A DNA stretch of 64,000 nucleotides. Origin: Minisyncoccota bacterium. GTDB taxonomy: Bacteria > Patescibacteriota > Minisyncoccia > Phycocordibacterales > CAJBRS01. The notes beneath the pieces were generated by a model. It did not search any database. It was given only the letters and a program-made list of their open reading frames with translations, and was not told where the DNA came from. The stretch lies in contig JADGRH010000003.1 of assembly GCA_017881075.1 (NCBI GenBank), forward strand, positions 128,682 through 192,681, given 5' to 3'. Shown here one piece after another: positions 30,615 to 44,557 of the stretch (its first letter is position 1; every line of letters starts with the position of its first letter). A program made the translations under genes and the position numbers.

Positions 30615-30900
30615 GAGGTAGCTCCCTCAACCCTTTCCTGTTTCTCGCCTTCGCGAACTCGTCAATTGATTTAACTTATGGTCTTCGAGCACCGCTTTGA
30701 CAGTCGCTCAGACATCGAAACACGAAGGGGTCTCGGGATCTACTTCTCTGATCCAATTAGAACTCGGAGTAGCCGCCCCACTACATAAAAACCATGCAAT
30801 ACCCAATAGTCCAGGCTGTTCCCGGAGAGCTCGTGAACGACACTTCTGGAGTCTTCGGAAGAATGTCGGGCAGGAGCGATACGGGCCACACCAGACTATT
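30615..30900. other. two long imperfect intergenic hairpins
   Basis: 30615-30746 (gaggtag...ctacttc) and 30805-30900 (aatagtc...gactatt). Confidence 0.55.
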
Positions 30901-30918
30901 TAGAATATAATCAGTCAT

Positions 30919-31902
30919 ATGAATTTAGGATTTTGGGAAAAATTGAAGAAGCCGGTGATGGCGCTGGCACCGATGGCGGATGTGACGGATGCGGCTTTTC
31001 GACGGATTATTGCTAAATACGGCAAACCGAATGTAATGTTTACCGAATTTGTTTCGGCCGACGGCTTGATGCTGGCGGATGCCGTCGGTCGGAAGAAATT
31101 AATGCGTGATCTTTTATTTAGTGAAGAAGAAAGACCAATTGTTGCACAATTTTTTACCGGGAAACCGGAGATAATAAAGAAGACGGCAGAACTTGCGCGC
31201 GAGCTCGGTTTTGATGGAGTTGATATCAACATGGGTTGCCCAGACAGAAGCATTGAGAAACAGGGAGCGGGAGCAGCGATGATGAAAGATCCGAAGCTGG
31301 CCCGAGATATTATTCGAGCGACCAAGGAAGGTGCCGGCAATCTACCCGTCTCCATCAAAACCCGCATTGGCTACAACAAAAATGAAATTGAAACGTGGTT
31401 GCCGGCTTTGCTTGAAGCAGAGCCGGCCGTTATCATTCTTCATGCTCGCACTCGTAAAGAAATGTCAAAAGTGCCGGCCAATTGGGATATTATTAAACGC
31501 GCCGTTGAAATTCGCGACAGTGCAAATTCCAAAACTTTAATTTTAGGCAACGGAGATGTCACTGATCTCGCAGATGCTCATCAAAAAGCGACAGAGAGCG
31601 GTGCAGATGGTGTAATGCTGGGGCGAGCAATATTCGGAAACCCATGGCTTTTTCACCCCTCCTTAAACAAGGAGGGGTTGGGGGTGGTTTCAATTTCCAT
31701 TCAAGAAAAATTAAAAGTCCTCGTCGAGCATACTCATCTCTTTGAAGAACTGCTTGGTGATATCAAAAACTTCGCCATCATGAAAAAACACTACAAAGCC
31801 TATGTTCAGGGGTTTGATGGAGCAAAAGAGCTTCGGATCAAGCTTATGGGGGCTAAAGATGCTATAGAAGTAGATAATATAGTCTCCAAATTTACTACTT
31901 GA
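30919..31902 (+). CDS. tRNA-dihydrouridine synthase (Dus family)
   Basis: LAPMADVTD, DINMGCP, GAGAAMM, HARTR, GNGDV, GVMLGRA. Confidence 0.94.
   Translation: MNLGFWEKLKKPVMALAPMADVTDAAFRRIIAKYGKPNVMFTEFVSADGLMLADAVGRKKLMRDLLFSEEERPIVAQFFTGKPEIIKKTAELARELGFDGVDINMGCPDRSIEKQGAGAAMMKDPKLARDIIRATKEGAGNLPVSIKTRIGYNKNEIETWLPALLEAEPAVIILHARTRKEMSKVPANWDIIKRAVEIRDSANSKTLILGNGDVTDLADAHQKATESGADGVMLGRAIFGNPWLFHPSLNKEGLGVVSISIQEKLKVLVEHTHLFEELLGDIKNFAIMKKHYKAYVQGFDGAKELRIKLMGAKDAIEVDNIVSKFTT
31655..31688 (+). repeat. REP-like palindrome in frame in the dus gene
   Basis: acccctcctt-aaac-aaggaggggt-tgggggtggt encodes PSLNKEGLGVV just after GNPWLF. Confidence 0.65.
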
Positions 31903-31931
31903 CTAAAAATATAAGATATGCTACGATACTT

Positions 31932-32142
31932 ATGAATACGCCGAGCTGGATCCTGACGTCGGATACTGGTAAAACGGCGCGCATAAATAATACCTAAAAT
32001 TGCGCCATGGAGTACCCATCAGTGTTTGGTTAGTGAATCAATTTTCCACACCCATAACCCATAACTGACACAATCGGGTGGTGTGGTTCGTTAAGTGTCG
32101 AACCGGAAATGTCTTTTTAAGACATTTCCGGTTCTTGTTTTT
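31932..32142 (+). ncRNA. candidate small RNA or leaderless 21-aa ORF unit
   Basis: TTGACT-N17-TACGAT at 31899-31927 and a 16-bp-stem terminator at 32100-32142, with no long ORF between. Confidence 0.4.
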
Positions 32143-32194
32143 ATGTGGCCGACTTAATTTTTAATTAAATCTGTTTTGTTGCTATACTTTCCGT

Positions 32195-33235
32195 ATGTCC
32201 AATGACCTCGCCCTCTATCGTAAATATCGGCCCCAAAGCTTCAAAGAAGTCATAGGGCAGGATGAGATCGTGAAAGTTTTGGAGGGCTCAATCAAACAGG
32301 GCAATATTGCGCACGCTTATTTATTTTCCGGCTCACGGGGAACTGGGAAGACCACCCTTGCTCGAATTCTAGCCAAAGCGATTGGTACTAGCTCTAACGA
32401 TCTTTACGAAATTGACGCCGCTTCTCGAAATAGTGTGGATGAGATTCGGGCATTGAACGAATCGGTCAACACCATGCCTTTCGATTCAAAATATAAAGTT
32501 TATATTTTGGACGAGGTTCACATGCTATCAAAAGCGGCCTTTAATGCATTTCTAAAAACTCTGGAAGAACCTCCGGCTCATGCCATTTTTATTCTAGCTA
32601 CCACCGAAGCGGAAAAACTTCCTACAACAGTTGTCTCTCGTACTCAACAATTCACTTTCAAAAAGCCAAGCCAGCAGGTATTAAAAAAGGTGGCCGACGA
32701 TACCGCCAAGAAAGAAGGCTATCAAATTGAATCAGGAGGGGCGGACCTCATTGCCTTGCTCGGCGACGGATCATTTCGAGACGCTCTTGGTATTTTGCAG
32801 AAAATAATCGGATCAACAAGCGATAAAAAAATCACCCTCTCTGAAATTGAAAAGATGACTGGCGCCCCGCGTTCGAGCCTAGTGAATAAATTGCTCACCT
32901 CTATCGCCGAAAAGAATTTAGAAGATGGCCTTGCGGTCATCCATTCCGCTGCCAGTCAAAACATTGACATGAAGATCTACATGAAACTAATTCTGGAAAA
33001 AATGCGCTTCACTCTTCTTCTTCGCTATCAAAAAGACATCAAAGCAGAGCTCGCCAGCGAGCTCTCCGCCGAAGATCTGAAACTCCTCGAGAAAATTGCC
33101 TCCGACGCCGACCATACCATTTCCTCGGCCACCCTCGTCGAAATGATCGATGCTTACGACCAAATCGGCCGCTCCTATATTCCCGAATTACCCTTAGAAC
33201 TTGCCTTAATTAAGCTCTTGGGTAAGAATGATTAG
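32195..33235 (+). CDS. dnaX: DNA polymerase III subunit gamma/tau (short, no Zn module)
   Basis: LYRKYRPQSF, GSRGTGKTT, EIDAAS, ILDEVHML, LKTLEEPP. Confidence 0.95.
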   Translation: MSNDLALYRKYRPQSFKEVIGQDEIVKVLEGSIKQGNIAHAYLFSGSRGTGKTTLARILAKAIGTSSNDLYEIDAASRNSVDEIRALNESVNTMPFDSKYKVYILDEVHMLSKAAFNAFLKTLEEPPAHAIFILATTEAEKLPTTVVSRTQQFTFKKPSQQVLKKVADDTAKKEGYQIESGGADLIALLGDGSFRDALGILQKIIGSTSDKKITLSEIEKMTGAPRSSLVNKLLTSIAEKNLEDGLAVIHSAASQNIDMKIYMKLILEKMRFTLLLRYQKDIKAELASELSAEDLKLLEKIASDADHTISSATLVEMIDAYDQIGRSYIPELPLELALIKLLGKND

Positions 33236-33245
33236 GCCGAAAAAT

Positions 33246-33316
33246 TGCGGGATCGTCTAATGGTAGGACAACGGATTTTGGATCCGTTTATCTAGGTCCG
33301 AATCCTAGTCCCGCAG
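33246..33316 (+). tRNA. tRNA-Gln(TTG) with atypical T-loop TCCGAAT
   Basis: tgcggga/tcccgca, acgga-ttTTGga-tccgt. Confidence 0.92.
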
Positions 33317-33459
33317 CACTTTGATTTGAATGTAATGAAAATCGAAGTCACTGAGGAGTTTACGACGAAGTGCCAGAATAATGAACTCTGCTTTGTCTAA
33401 GATTCAAATCTCAGTGTCTTCGAAAGAATGACGGGGTCAGGAGCCCTTTTATAAAAGTT

Positions 33460-33487
33460 TTGACAAAATAAAGTAAAGAAATATAAT
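33460..33487 (+). promoter_or_regulatory. consensus sigma70 promoter
   Basis: TTGACA-N16-TATAAT. Confidence 0.7.
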
Positions 33488-33510
33488 GTAGTCGTGGTAA
33501 GTTAGGGGCT

Positions 33511-33543
33511 AATAAAAACCGCAGAGATGCGGTTTTTATTTTT
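33511..33543. terminator. intrinsic terminator
   Basis: aataaaaaccgca-gaga-tgcggtttttatt plus T-run. Confidence 0.8.
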
Positions 33544-33628
33544 AATTTAACTTTCATTTGAATCTATTTCATCAGCTGTTGGTATATTTATGTTGATGTG
33601 AAATGGTAATTCACATCGTGCCAAGGAG

Positions 33629-33689
33629 AAATAGGGACAGGTGCATTATTTTGGTGAAAAACGGAAAAATAATGCACCTGTCCCTATTT
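33629..33689. repeat. 24-bp perfect inverted repeat (REP-like)
   Basis: aaatagggacaggtgcattatttt / aaaataatgcacctgtccctattt. Confidence 0.85.
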
Positions 33690-33754
33690 TCTTACTTTAG
33701 ATAAATAAAATACCACAAGACCCGGATGGTCTTGTGGTGAACAGATCTCTGTAA

Positions 33755-34765
33755 TTAGCCTATGGCTGCGACAGTTTCTTGAAGTTCTGTCTCGGCGTCC
33801 TTGATCTTCCTTTTCGCCGCCTCCATTGCCTTCAGGGTGTTGTGGATCTTCTTTCTCACCTCTCGGATCAAAAGGAATTTTGCGACAGATGAGCCAACAT
33901 AACAAGCCTCCTGCAGATTTTCGACTGGTTTCGCCTTGTTTCCAAGAAGGAAATGATTTTGGATTTCCGCACGCATGGCGATCTCCGTTAGTTTCGCCAG
34001 GCAAGCATCGCTCAGATCAAGCATGTGCTTGTCGAGCAGATCGAGCCTGTCCAGAAAAACAAGGATATCCATCATCAGAAGCTTCCCGTTCTCTACATGA
34101 TTACGTATGCGGGCATTCTCTTTCTTCATCTCCTCTTTCCTCTCGCCCTCAAAATAGGAATCGGTTTCTGTCTCCTCCCATTCCCACATGTAGCACATCA
34201 GATCCAGAAGAAAGGCGATTGCCTGCTTCTCGTTGTTGGACGGTTTCTCCCATGATTTACTCAAATTATCGATCGAGGAATCCAGCGGATCAGCTCGGAA
34301 GAAGCGCAGGATAGTAGGGAAGAGCTTGTCACTGAAGACGTCCCTCCAATACATTGCTAGAAGCCATTTTTCTCGATTCTCGTCGCGAAAATTCGCCGCG
34401 AAGAAATTCAGACAAAGCATCTCGAATGCCTTTTTGGCCAGATCCTGCCTTAAGTCGGAGGATGATTTCTTTATTTCGCCGCCCCGGGCATTGTAGCCGA
34501 CCAGAAACATCTCCTGATTATCCATCGGGGAGTAGAGGCCATGCTTCCATCCCTCCGCCAGGCCGAAGTAGAAAAGAAGTTGGTCGATGTGGGTATATTC
34601 TGTTTCCTCAAGGCTATATCGGCCGAAGGAGATATTGAACCCCGTGTGAAGGAGGCCTAGCATCTCGTTGTATGTTCCTGCTGCGTGCCAGCGCTCGAGC
34701 CATTCGTTCCAGTTGCGAGGCGGACGAACGTCGCGTCCGATTAAGGGATGGTTATCAGTTTTCAT
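33755..34765 (-). CDS. hypothetical helical protein with C-terminal coiled coil
   Basis: 336-aa ORF, TTGACA promoter upstream, terminator hairpin at 33712-33738. Confidence 0.7.
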   Translation of the reverse strand: MKTDNHPLIGRDVRPPRNWNEWLERWHAAGTYNEMLGLLHTGFNISFGRYSLEETEYTHIDQLLFYFGLAEGWKHGLYSPMDNQEMFLVGYNARGGEIKKSSSDLRQDLAKKAFEMLCLNFFAANFRDENREKWLLAMYWRDVFSDKLFPTILRFFRADPLDSSIDNLSKSWEKPSNNEKQAIAFLLDLMCYMWEWEETETDSYFEGERKEEMKKENARIRNHVENGKLLMMDILVFLDRLDLLDKHMLDLSDACLAKLTEIAMRAEIQNHFLLGNKAKPVENLQEACYVGSSVAKFLLIREVRKKIHNTLKAMEAAKRKIKDAETELQETVAAIG

Positions 34766-34992
34766 GGTACTTTTTCTTTCTAGGTTATGCCCCGTGCTGT
34801 GACGGGACGGTGTTTTACTCTGGTATCGAATTTACATGTTTTTCTGCTTTTGTCAACACTCGTTGGTTCGTATCAGATTTTTCTCTAATGTTTTAAGCAA
34901 TAATTGTGGTCAGGCAGCATTATTATAAACAAGATATATTTTAAGCCACGGCACTAAGGCGCGTTCAAGTTGAAGTGTCTCAGCCAATTACA

Positions 34993-35502
34993 TCAATAAT
35001 GACGCATAAATAAAATGGTTGTGCAGATTATTATCACCAAGCCAAGCTGTAGAGAAAGACCAATCCATGGTTTTATCTCCAGACTTCTATTTTTTTGCAC
35101 CCACACATGAAATTTCTGCAAAGGTAAAAGTAGGGGGCTCCTGGTTTTCCAGTACACAAACTGCAGAGGATCTGGGAGAATTCCCGCTATAGCACCAAGT
35201 AATGTGATGCCTAAAGGTACGCTATGGAAGAAATAATAAAAGATTAATATAACCAGTGCCATTCCTATCAAAGTATCGCTTGCCATTCTCAAGCAATCTT
35301 TGAAAAAATATTTTCCAAAAGTCATATCTGTTTCCAAAGGACGCTTCTCATCTTTTATAATTGAAAGGATCTCATAATCCCAATGTGGCAGGGAATCAAT
35401 GGCCAAATGGCTCCCAAAACCGGCTAGAAATGCGGCAATGGGGTGTGTGGGAAAAAACTGGGCAAACGCTGCTCCGACAATTGCATGGGTGGCGAGAGTC
35501 AT
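34993..35502 (-). CDS. membrane protein, possibly a His/Asp metal-dependent hydrolase
   Basis: THAIVG, SHLAIDSLPHWDY, ILPD, FHVWV motifs in a TM context. Confidence 0.65.
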   Translation of the reverse strand: MTLATHAIVGAAFAQFFPTHPIAAFLAGFGSHLAIDSLPHWDYEILSIIKDEKRPLETDMTFGKYFFKDCLRMASDTLIGMALVILIFYYFFHSVPLGITLLGAIAGILPDPLQFVYWKTRSPLLLPLQKFHVWVQKNRSLEIKPWIGLSLQLGLVIIICTTILFMRHY

Positions 35503-35618
35503 AGTGTGTGAATTTTACTACATTTTTGGGATAACTGCTGATCGATAAGACCTTGTTTACAATAAAATGGAAATTCAGGTATACTTTGGTATTAATTAGT
35601 AGCTAATATTTATTAAAT

Positions 35619-36224
35619 ATGAACAGACAAAATTATAAAAGAGGTTTGGGATCATTGCAGATTCTTGGGGTGGTAGTGGTGATAATTATTCTCGGTCTGG
35701 TAGTTTATTATGCCACCAATCATAGTAGTCCCTCCGGCGTGACAAATACAGATTCTTCAACTAGTACCAACGTATCGGTAAAGGGAACATCAAGTAGTGG
35801 TAGTATTCGTGATCTCTTGGCTCTAGGAAAAAATCTAATGTGCACTATTGATGAATCAAGTGCCACAAGCACTGTTACCGGCACCATGTATATTTCCGGT
35901 AATATGATGAGCGGCGAATTCACCTCAAGTTCCAAAGGATCATTGGGGATGATCTCACACATGATTCGAAATGGGGACACTGTTTACGCTTGGAGCGCCA
36001 GCCAGGGAGCCAAAATGACCTTCACTAATTTGACCGGTACTTCCGCTCAAAGTAAGAGCAGCGTCAATCTTGACCAGAAAGTTGGTTACAAATGTTCGGA
36101 CTGGTCAGTGGATAATAGTAAATTTGCCGTTCCAACAAATGTTAAATTTACTGATGTCAGCGCCATGATGAATAATCAAATTAATACTAAAGGAAACGCC
36201 GGCGCCCCCGTCTACGCTCAATAG
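35619..36224 (+). CDS. exported hypothetical protein
   Basis: KRGLG plus TM helix, Ser/Thr-rich, two Cys, CSDWSVDNSKFAVP. Confidence 0.7.
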   Translation: MNRQNYKRGLGSLQILGVVVVIIILGLVVYYATNHSSPSGVTNTDSSTSTNVSVKGTSSSGSIRDLLALGKNLMCTIDESSATSTVTGTMYISGNMMSGEFTSSSKGSLGMISHMIRNGDTVYAWSASQGAKMTFTNLTGTSAQSKSSVNLDQKVGYKCSDWSVDNSKFAVPTNVKFTDVSAMMNNQINTKGNAGAPVYAQ

Positions 36225-36248
36225 AGAAAGATATAAGAGAAATCTAAG

Positions 36249-36276
36249 TGTAAGTATTCCAATCTGAACACGTCAT
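36249..36276 (+). promoter_or_regulatory. putative ECF-sigma promoter
   Basis: TGTAAG-N16-CGTCAT, same motif and spacing as upstream of the ECF gene. Confidence 0.55.
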
Positions 36277-36338
36277 AAGAGGTGTTATAATGCTAAGTAA
36301 TTGGGTTGATATTACTTAATATAATTAACATTAAAAAT

Positions 36339-36602
36339 ATGTCTAAAAGCAACAAGACGGTCCTTTGGGTAGTGATTATATTGGTGGTTCTTGGTCTAAT
36401 TTGGTGGGTTTCGGCAGCCAAACAAACTGTCGCTCCATCAACAGAGAATAGCGCCAACAATCGCAATAATTCAGGAATTACGACGATCTCTTCTTCCAGT
36501 ACTTCAAATAACGACCTTAATCAGGATATGACTAAAGTTGACGCACAGTTGAAGGGTTTGGATTCCGATTCGGCCAATGCCGACCAAAGCATCAGTCAGT
36601 AG
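36339..36602 (+). CDS. small membrane-anchored hypothetical protein
   Basis: N-terminal TM and polar tail; ATG at 36339 preferred. Confidence 0.7.
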   Translation: MSKSNKTVLWVVIILVVLGLIWWVSAAKQTVAPSTENSANNRNNSGITTISSSSTSNNDLNQDMTKVDAQLKGLDSDSANADQSISQ

Positions 36603-36629
36603 CAGATTTATCCTTAATAATTACAACTT

Positions 36630-37580
36630 ATGATTAAATTCAAAACAGCGGCCATGGCGGCTTCCGTCATCGCTTTAGCGGTAGTTTTAACCGGAAACTA
36701 TGCTTTAGCTAACGATGGTGGCGGCAATGGCTTGAGAAGTCTATTCGATTTTTCTGCTCAAAGTCATTCATCCACCTCGGTTAATGGAGATGAACGTAAC
36801 AAGATTAATTTTGGTCAAGATTTCCAGATCCAAATGAAGGACAATGGACAAAAAGTCAGTGATAACAGCAACAAAAATGAAAATAAAGATCAAAACAATA
36901 TCAACGAAGAAAATAAAAGAATAAAAGGTGAAGATAAAGTCGATTTCAATTTTGGAATTAATAGCACCTCAACAATGGATCAAGTTAAAGCTCGTGCTGA
37001 CACTGCCATTGATAATCGTCTAAACGACCTCAACAGTTTAAAAGCTAAACTGAACGGCATGACTCGTCTTTCAGCTGACGCTAAAGTCAGTCTCAGCGCT
37101 TCCATTGACACAGAAGTCAGCAGATTAGGTTCTTTGAAAAATAAAATTGATGCCGATATTGATGCAAGCGTTCTGAAATCAGACGTCTCTTCTATTACCA
37201 GTGCTTACCGTATTTACCTCTTAGTTATTCCGCAAGTAAGAATGGCGTCTGTTGCCGACCGAATCAACACCATTGTTGATATGATGACTACCATCGGCAA
37301 TAAATTCGAAACTCGAATTAACACTGCCAGTGATAACAATCATGACGTCAGCGCTTTGCAGAACTACTTGAGTGACTATCGAACTAAGATAGCTGATGCC
37401 AAAGTCCAAGCACAGGCGGCTGTAGATCTTACCGCCTCTTTGACAGTAGATAATGGCGATCAAACTAAACTCGATGCCAATAAGCAGGCTCTGAAAGACG
37501 CCCAGGCCAAGATTCAGGTTGCCAGGGATGATCTCAAAGCCGCTAGGGAAGATGCTAAGAACCTCATTAAAGGCTTATAA
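36630..37580 (+). CDS. secreted helical/coiled-coil hypothetical protein
   Basis: signal peptide ending YALA, long amphipathic helices; terminator at 37608-37639. Confidence 0.75.
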   Translation: MIKFKTAAMAASVIALAVVLTGNYALANDGGGNGLRSLFDFSAQSHSSTSVNGDERNKINFGQDFQIQMKDNGQKVSDNSNKNENKDQNNINEENKRIKGEDKVDFNFGINSTSTMDQVKARADTAIDNRLNDLNSLKAKLNGMTRLSADAKVSLSASIDTEVSRLGSLKNKIDADIDASVLKSDVSSITSAYRIYLLVIPQVRMASVADRINTIVDMMTTIGNKFETRINTASDNNHDVSALQNYLSDYRTKIADAKVQAQAAVDLTASLTVDNGDQTKLDANKQALKDAQAKIQVARDDLKAAREDAKNLIKGL

Positions 37581-37672
37581 GATCTCTATATTAAATTAGG
37601 ATTTTAGGATAAAGGCGCCGTGTTCACGGCGCCTTTATCTGTTATAATGATTAAACATGCCAAAAGAAAATC

Positions 37673-38329
37673 ATGAAAATATCTAAAGAAGCCATTATCA
37701 TCGGAGTTGTCGCCATTGTCTTTGTTGTCGCTATTGTCATCTTAATCTGGAAGAGCCCCTCTTTTGTTGGTGGAGGTCCTACCCAAGTAAGTGATCAAAG
37801 TCTCTTGGTTCGGCCGACAAGCCACATGACGGCCAGTAGCAGTGCCAAGGTAACCATGGTGGAGTTCGGTGATTATCAGTGTCCGGCTTGTGCTGCTTAT
37901 TACCCCTTAATCAAACAGGTTACTGAATTCTATAAGAATAATCCGAATTTTAATTTTGTCTTCCGCAATTTTCCTTTACCTCAACACGCCAATGCTCAAA
38001 TATCGGCCGAAGCGGCCGAAGCGGCCGGGGCACAGGGGAAATATTGGCAGATGCATGACCTCTTATATCAAAATCAGCAAAGTTGGGCCGACATCAAAGA
38101 CCCGCTTCCTATTTTTATTACCTATGCCACCACCATAGGTCTTGATGTAAATAAATTTAAGCAGGAAGTGAGTGCTAAAACCTATCAGGTGGTAATTGAT
38201 GCTGACCTCGCTGATGATAGTAAGCTCGGTCTTGACCATACTCCAACAGTTTTCATTAATAAAGAAGAGCAAACCAATTTGTCCGTAGCTTCTCTAGAAG
38301 CGAAGATTGACGCTCTTCTGGCAAAATAG
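37673..38329 (+). CDS. DsbA-family thiol-disulfide oxidoreductase
   Basis: EFGDYQCPAC, RNFPL, GKYWQMHD, TPTVFIN. Confidence 0.92.
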   Translation: MKISKEAIIIGVVAIVFVVAIVILIWKSPSFVGGGPTQVSDQSLLVRPTSHMTASSSAKVTMVEFGDYQCPACAAYYPLIKQVTEFYKNNPNFNFVFRNFPLPQHANAQISAEAAEAAGAQGKYWQMHDLLYQNQQSWADIKDPLPIFITYATTIGLDVNKFKQEVSAKTYQVVIDADLADDSKLGLDHTPTVFINKEEQTNLSVASLEAKIDALLAK

Positions 38330-38350
38330 ATTTAATGTTAAAATCAATAA

Positions 38351-38665
38351 ATGAGAACTAGATACTGGTTTCGGCCAAAACGATTGGGTGATTTTGCGGC
38401 GTATTATCCGGTTAATTTCCCCGGCTGGGTGGTAACACTGTCTTCTTTATTTTTCCTCATTTATTTTTTCGTCGTTGATACCCAGATTGTCTATCGGGCT
38501 GGCGGCGGGTTACTGCATTTTCTGCTTGAGCTAATTGTTATTTTTCTGATTTACGATTTGTTTTGTTTTCGCACCGGCGAATATCCTAGCTGGTGGAGTG
38601 GCCGTCATTGGCGACACAAAATGCATCGACATCATCCGGCAAATCGGGCCCACCATGAAAAATAG
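38351..38665 (+). CDS. small membrane protein with His-rich tail
   Basis: YWFRPKR..YP...GW motif, two TMs. Confidence 0.6.
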   Translation: MRTRYWFRPKRLGDFAAYYPVNFPGWVVTLSSLFFLIYFFVVDTQIVYRAGGGLLHFLLELIVIFLIYDLFCFRTGEYPSWWSGRHWRHKMHRHHPANRAHHEK

Positions 38666-38740
38666 TTTCGGATTATACGTTCAGATGGTAGAATAGGAAA
38701 TTATTAAAGAAGGAGGGTTTTATTAAATAAACAATAATTT

Positions 38741-40687
<1,947 letters not shown>

Positions 40688-40690
40688 GAT

Positions 40691-43014
<2,324 letters not shown>

Positions 43015-43016
43015 GA

Positions 43017-44549
43017 TTAATTAGAAAAGTAATTTTTAGAAAAGTCTTCGACAGCTTTTTTTAATTCAATTCGAATATTGTCAGCTAGTTCTTTTTTCTC
43101 TCGTAATTTTTTCAAAGTGTTTGGATGATTGGTCTTTAAAAATTTCAAATACTCCGTCTCAAACTTTGAGACTTTTTCAATCGGTACGGAATCTAGTGAT
43201 CCATCAGTGGTGGCCAAAATGGAAGCCACTTGATTTTCAAAAGAAACCCCGTGATATTGAGGTTGTTTCAAGATTTCCGTCAATCGCCGTCCACGGTCAA
43301 TTTTCAGACGAGTGGCGCTGTCAAGATCTTGACCAAATTGAGCAAAGGCGGCCAGTTCTCGGAATTGAGCCAATTCCAGTCGCAATGTTCCAGCCACCTT
43401 TTTCATGGCCTTGGTCTGAGCGGCCGAGCCTACTCGGGAAACAGAAAGACCAACATTCACAGCCGGTCGAATTCCTTGATAGAAAAGTTCTGGCTCCAGA
43501 TAGATCTGGCCGTCAGTGATGGAGATGACATTAGTAGGAATGTAAGCGGAAATATCTCCGAGTTGGGTTTCAATAATTGGAAGAGCGGTGAGTGAGCCAC
43601 CACCATGTTCTTTGTTTAATTTTGCGGCGCGTTCCAAGAGTCGAGAATGAAGATAAAAAATGTCTCCCGGATAAGCCTCTCGTCCTGGCGGTCGGCGCAA
43701 GAGTAGGGAAATCTGACGATATGCCCAGGCATGTTTGGAAAGATCGTCATAAACCACTAGAGCGTCTTGACCTTTAGTCATGAAATATTCTCCGATGGCG
43801 CAGCCGGCATACGGAGCCAGATACTGAAGGGCAGCGGGCGCTGACGCGCCCGCCATCACCACAATGGTATATTTCATCGCTCCGCTTTGTTTTAATTTCT
43901 CCACTATCTGAGCCACTTTTGATTCCTTCTGTCCGATAGCGACATAAATACAGATCGGAGTAGAGAACTCAGTGTCGTTTGCTTGGTTGATGATGGTATC
44001 AATAGCGATAGCTGTTTTTCCGGTTTGGCGATCTCCGATAATTAATTCTCGTTGGCCTCGGCCGATAGGAATAGCGGCATCTATTACCTTGATGCCGGTG
44101 TGGAGTGGGGTGTTTACCGATTGACGGGTAATAACTCCCGGAGCAATTTTTTCCAAGAGCTGATTCTCCATCTCGTTTCTATTTAAAGGCGAGCCACCAT
44201 CAATCGGCTCGCCAAGCGGATTGATCACTCGGCCAATTAAATTTTCTCCCACGGGAATAGAAAGGATAGTGCCAGTACTTTTTACCGTCTGCCCCTCCTT
44301 AATTCTTTCCGAATTGCCGAGAACGATAGCGCCGACGCTGGACTCTTCCAGGTTAAGGGCCAGTCCCAGCACTTTTCCATCTTCCGTTTCAAATTCAAGC
44401 ATTTCCGAATATCGGCAGTCGGAGAGTCCACGAATAGTGGCAACACCGTCACCCATTCGAATAACTTCGCCGACATTACGGATCGCCGGCCCCGATTTAA
44501 TGCCGGCGATCTCTTCTTTTAATTGATTTAATATTGATTCAGTATCCAT
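43017..44549 (-). CDS. atpA: ATP synthase alpha subunit
   Basis: [32 protein letters not shown]. Confidence 0.98.
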   Translation of the reverse strand: MDTESILNQLKEEIAGIKSGPAIRNVGEVIRMGDGVATIRGLSDCRYSEMLEFETEDGKVLGLALNLEESSVGAIVLGNSERIKEGQTVKSTGTILSIPVGENLIGRVINPLGEPIDGGSPLNRNEMENQLLEKIAPGVITRQSVNTPLHTGIKVIDAAIPIGRGQRELIIGDRQTGKTAIAIDTIINQANDTEFSTPICIYVAIGQKESKVAQIVEKLKQSGAMKYTIVVMAGASAPAALQYLAPYAGCAIGEYFMTKGQDALVVYDDLSKHAWAYRQISLLLRRPPGREAYPGDIFYLHSRLLERAAKLNKEHGGGSLTALPIIETQLGDISAYIPTNVISITDGQIYLEPELFYQGIRPAVNVGLSVSRVGSAAQTKAMKKVAGTLRLELAQFRELAAFAQFGQDLDSATRLKIDRGRRLTEILKQPQYHGVSFENQVASILATTDGSLDSVPIEKVSKFETEYLKFLKTNHPNTLKKLREKKELADNIRIELKKAVEDFSKNYFSN

Positions 44550-44557
44550 AAAACCTC

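Noticed and set aside
31932-32142. SRP RNA (ffs) upstream of dnaX
   Set aside because: No domain-IV GGAA-tetraloop / AGCAG motif found on either strand.
33684-34896. Several overlapping alternative-frame ORFs around the 336-aa gene
   Set aside because: Expected in a locally GC-richer gene. Only the minus-strand 336-aa frame has a promoter and terminator.
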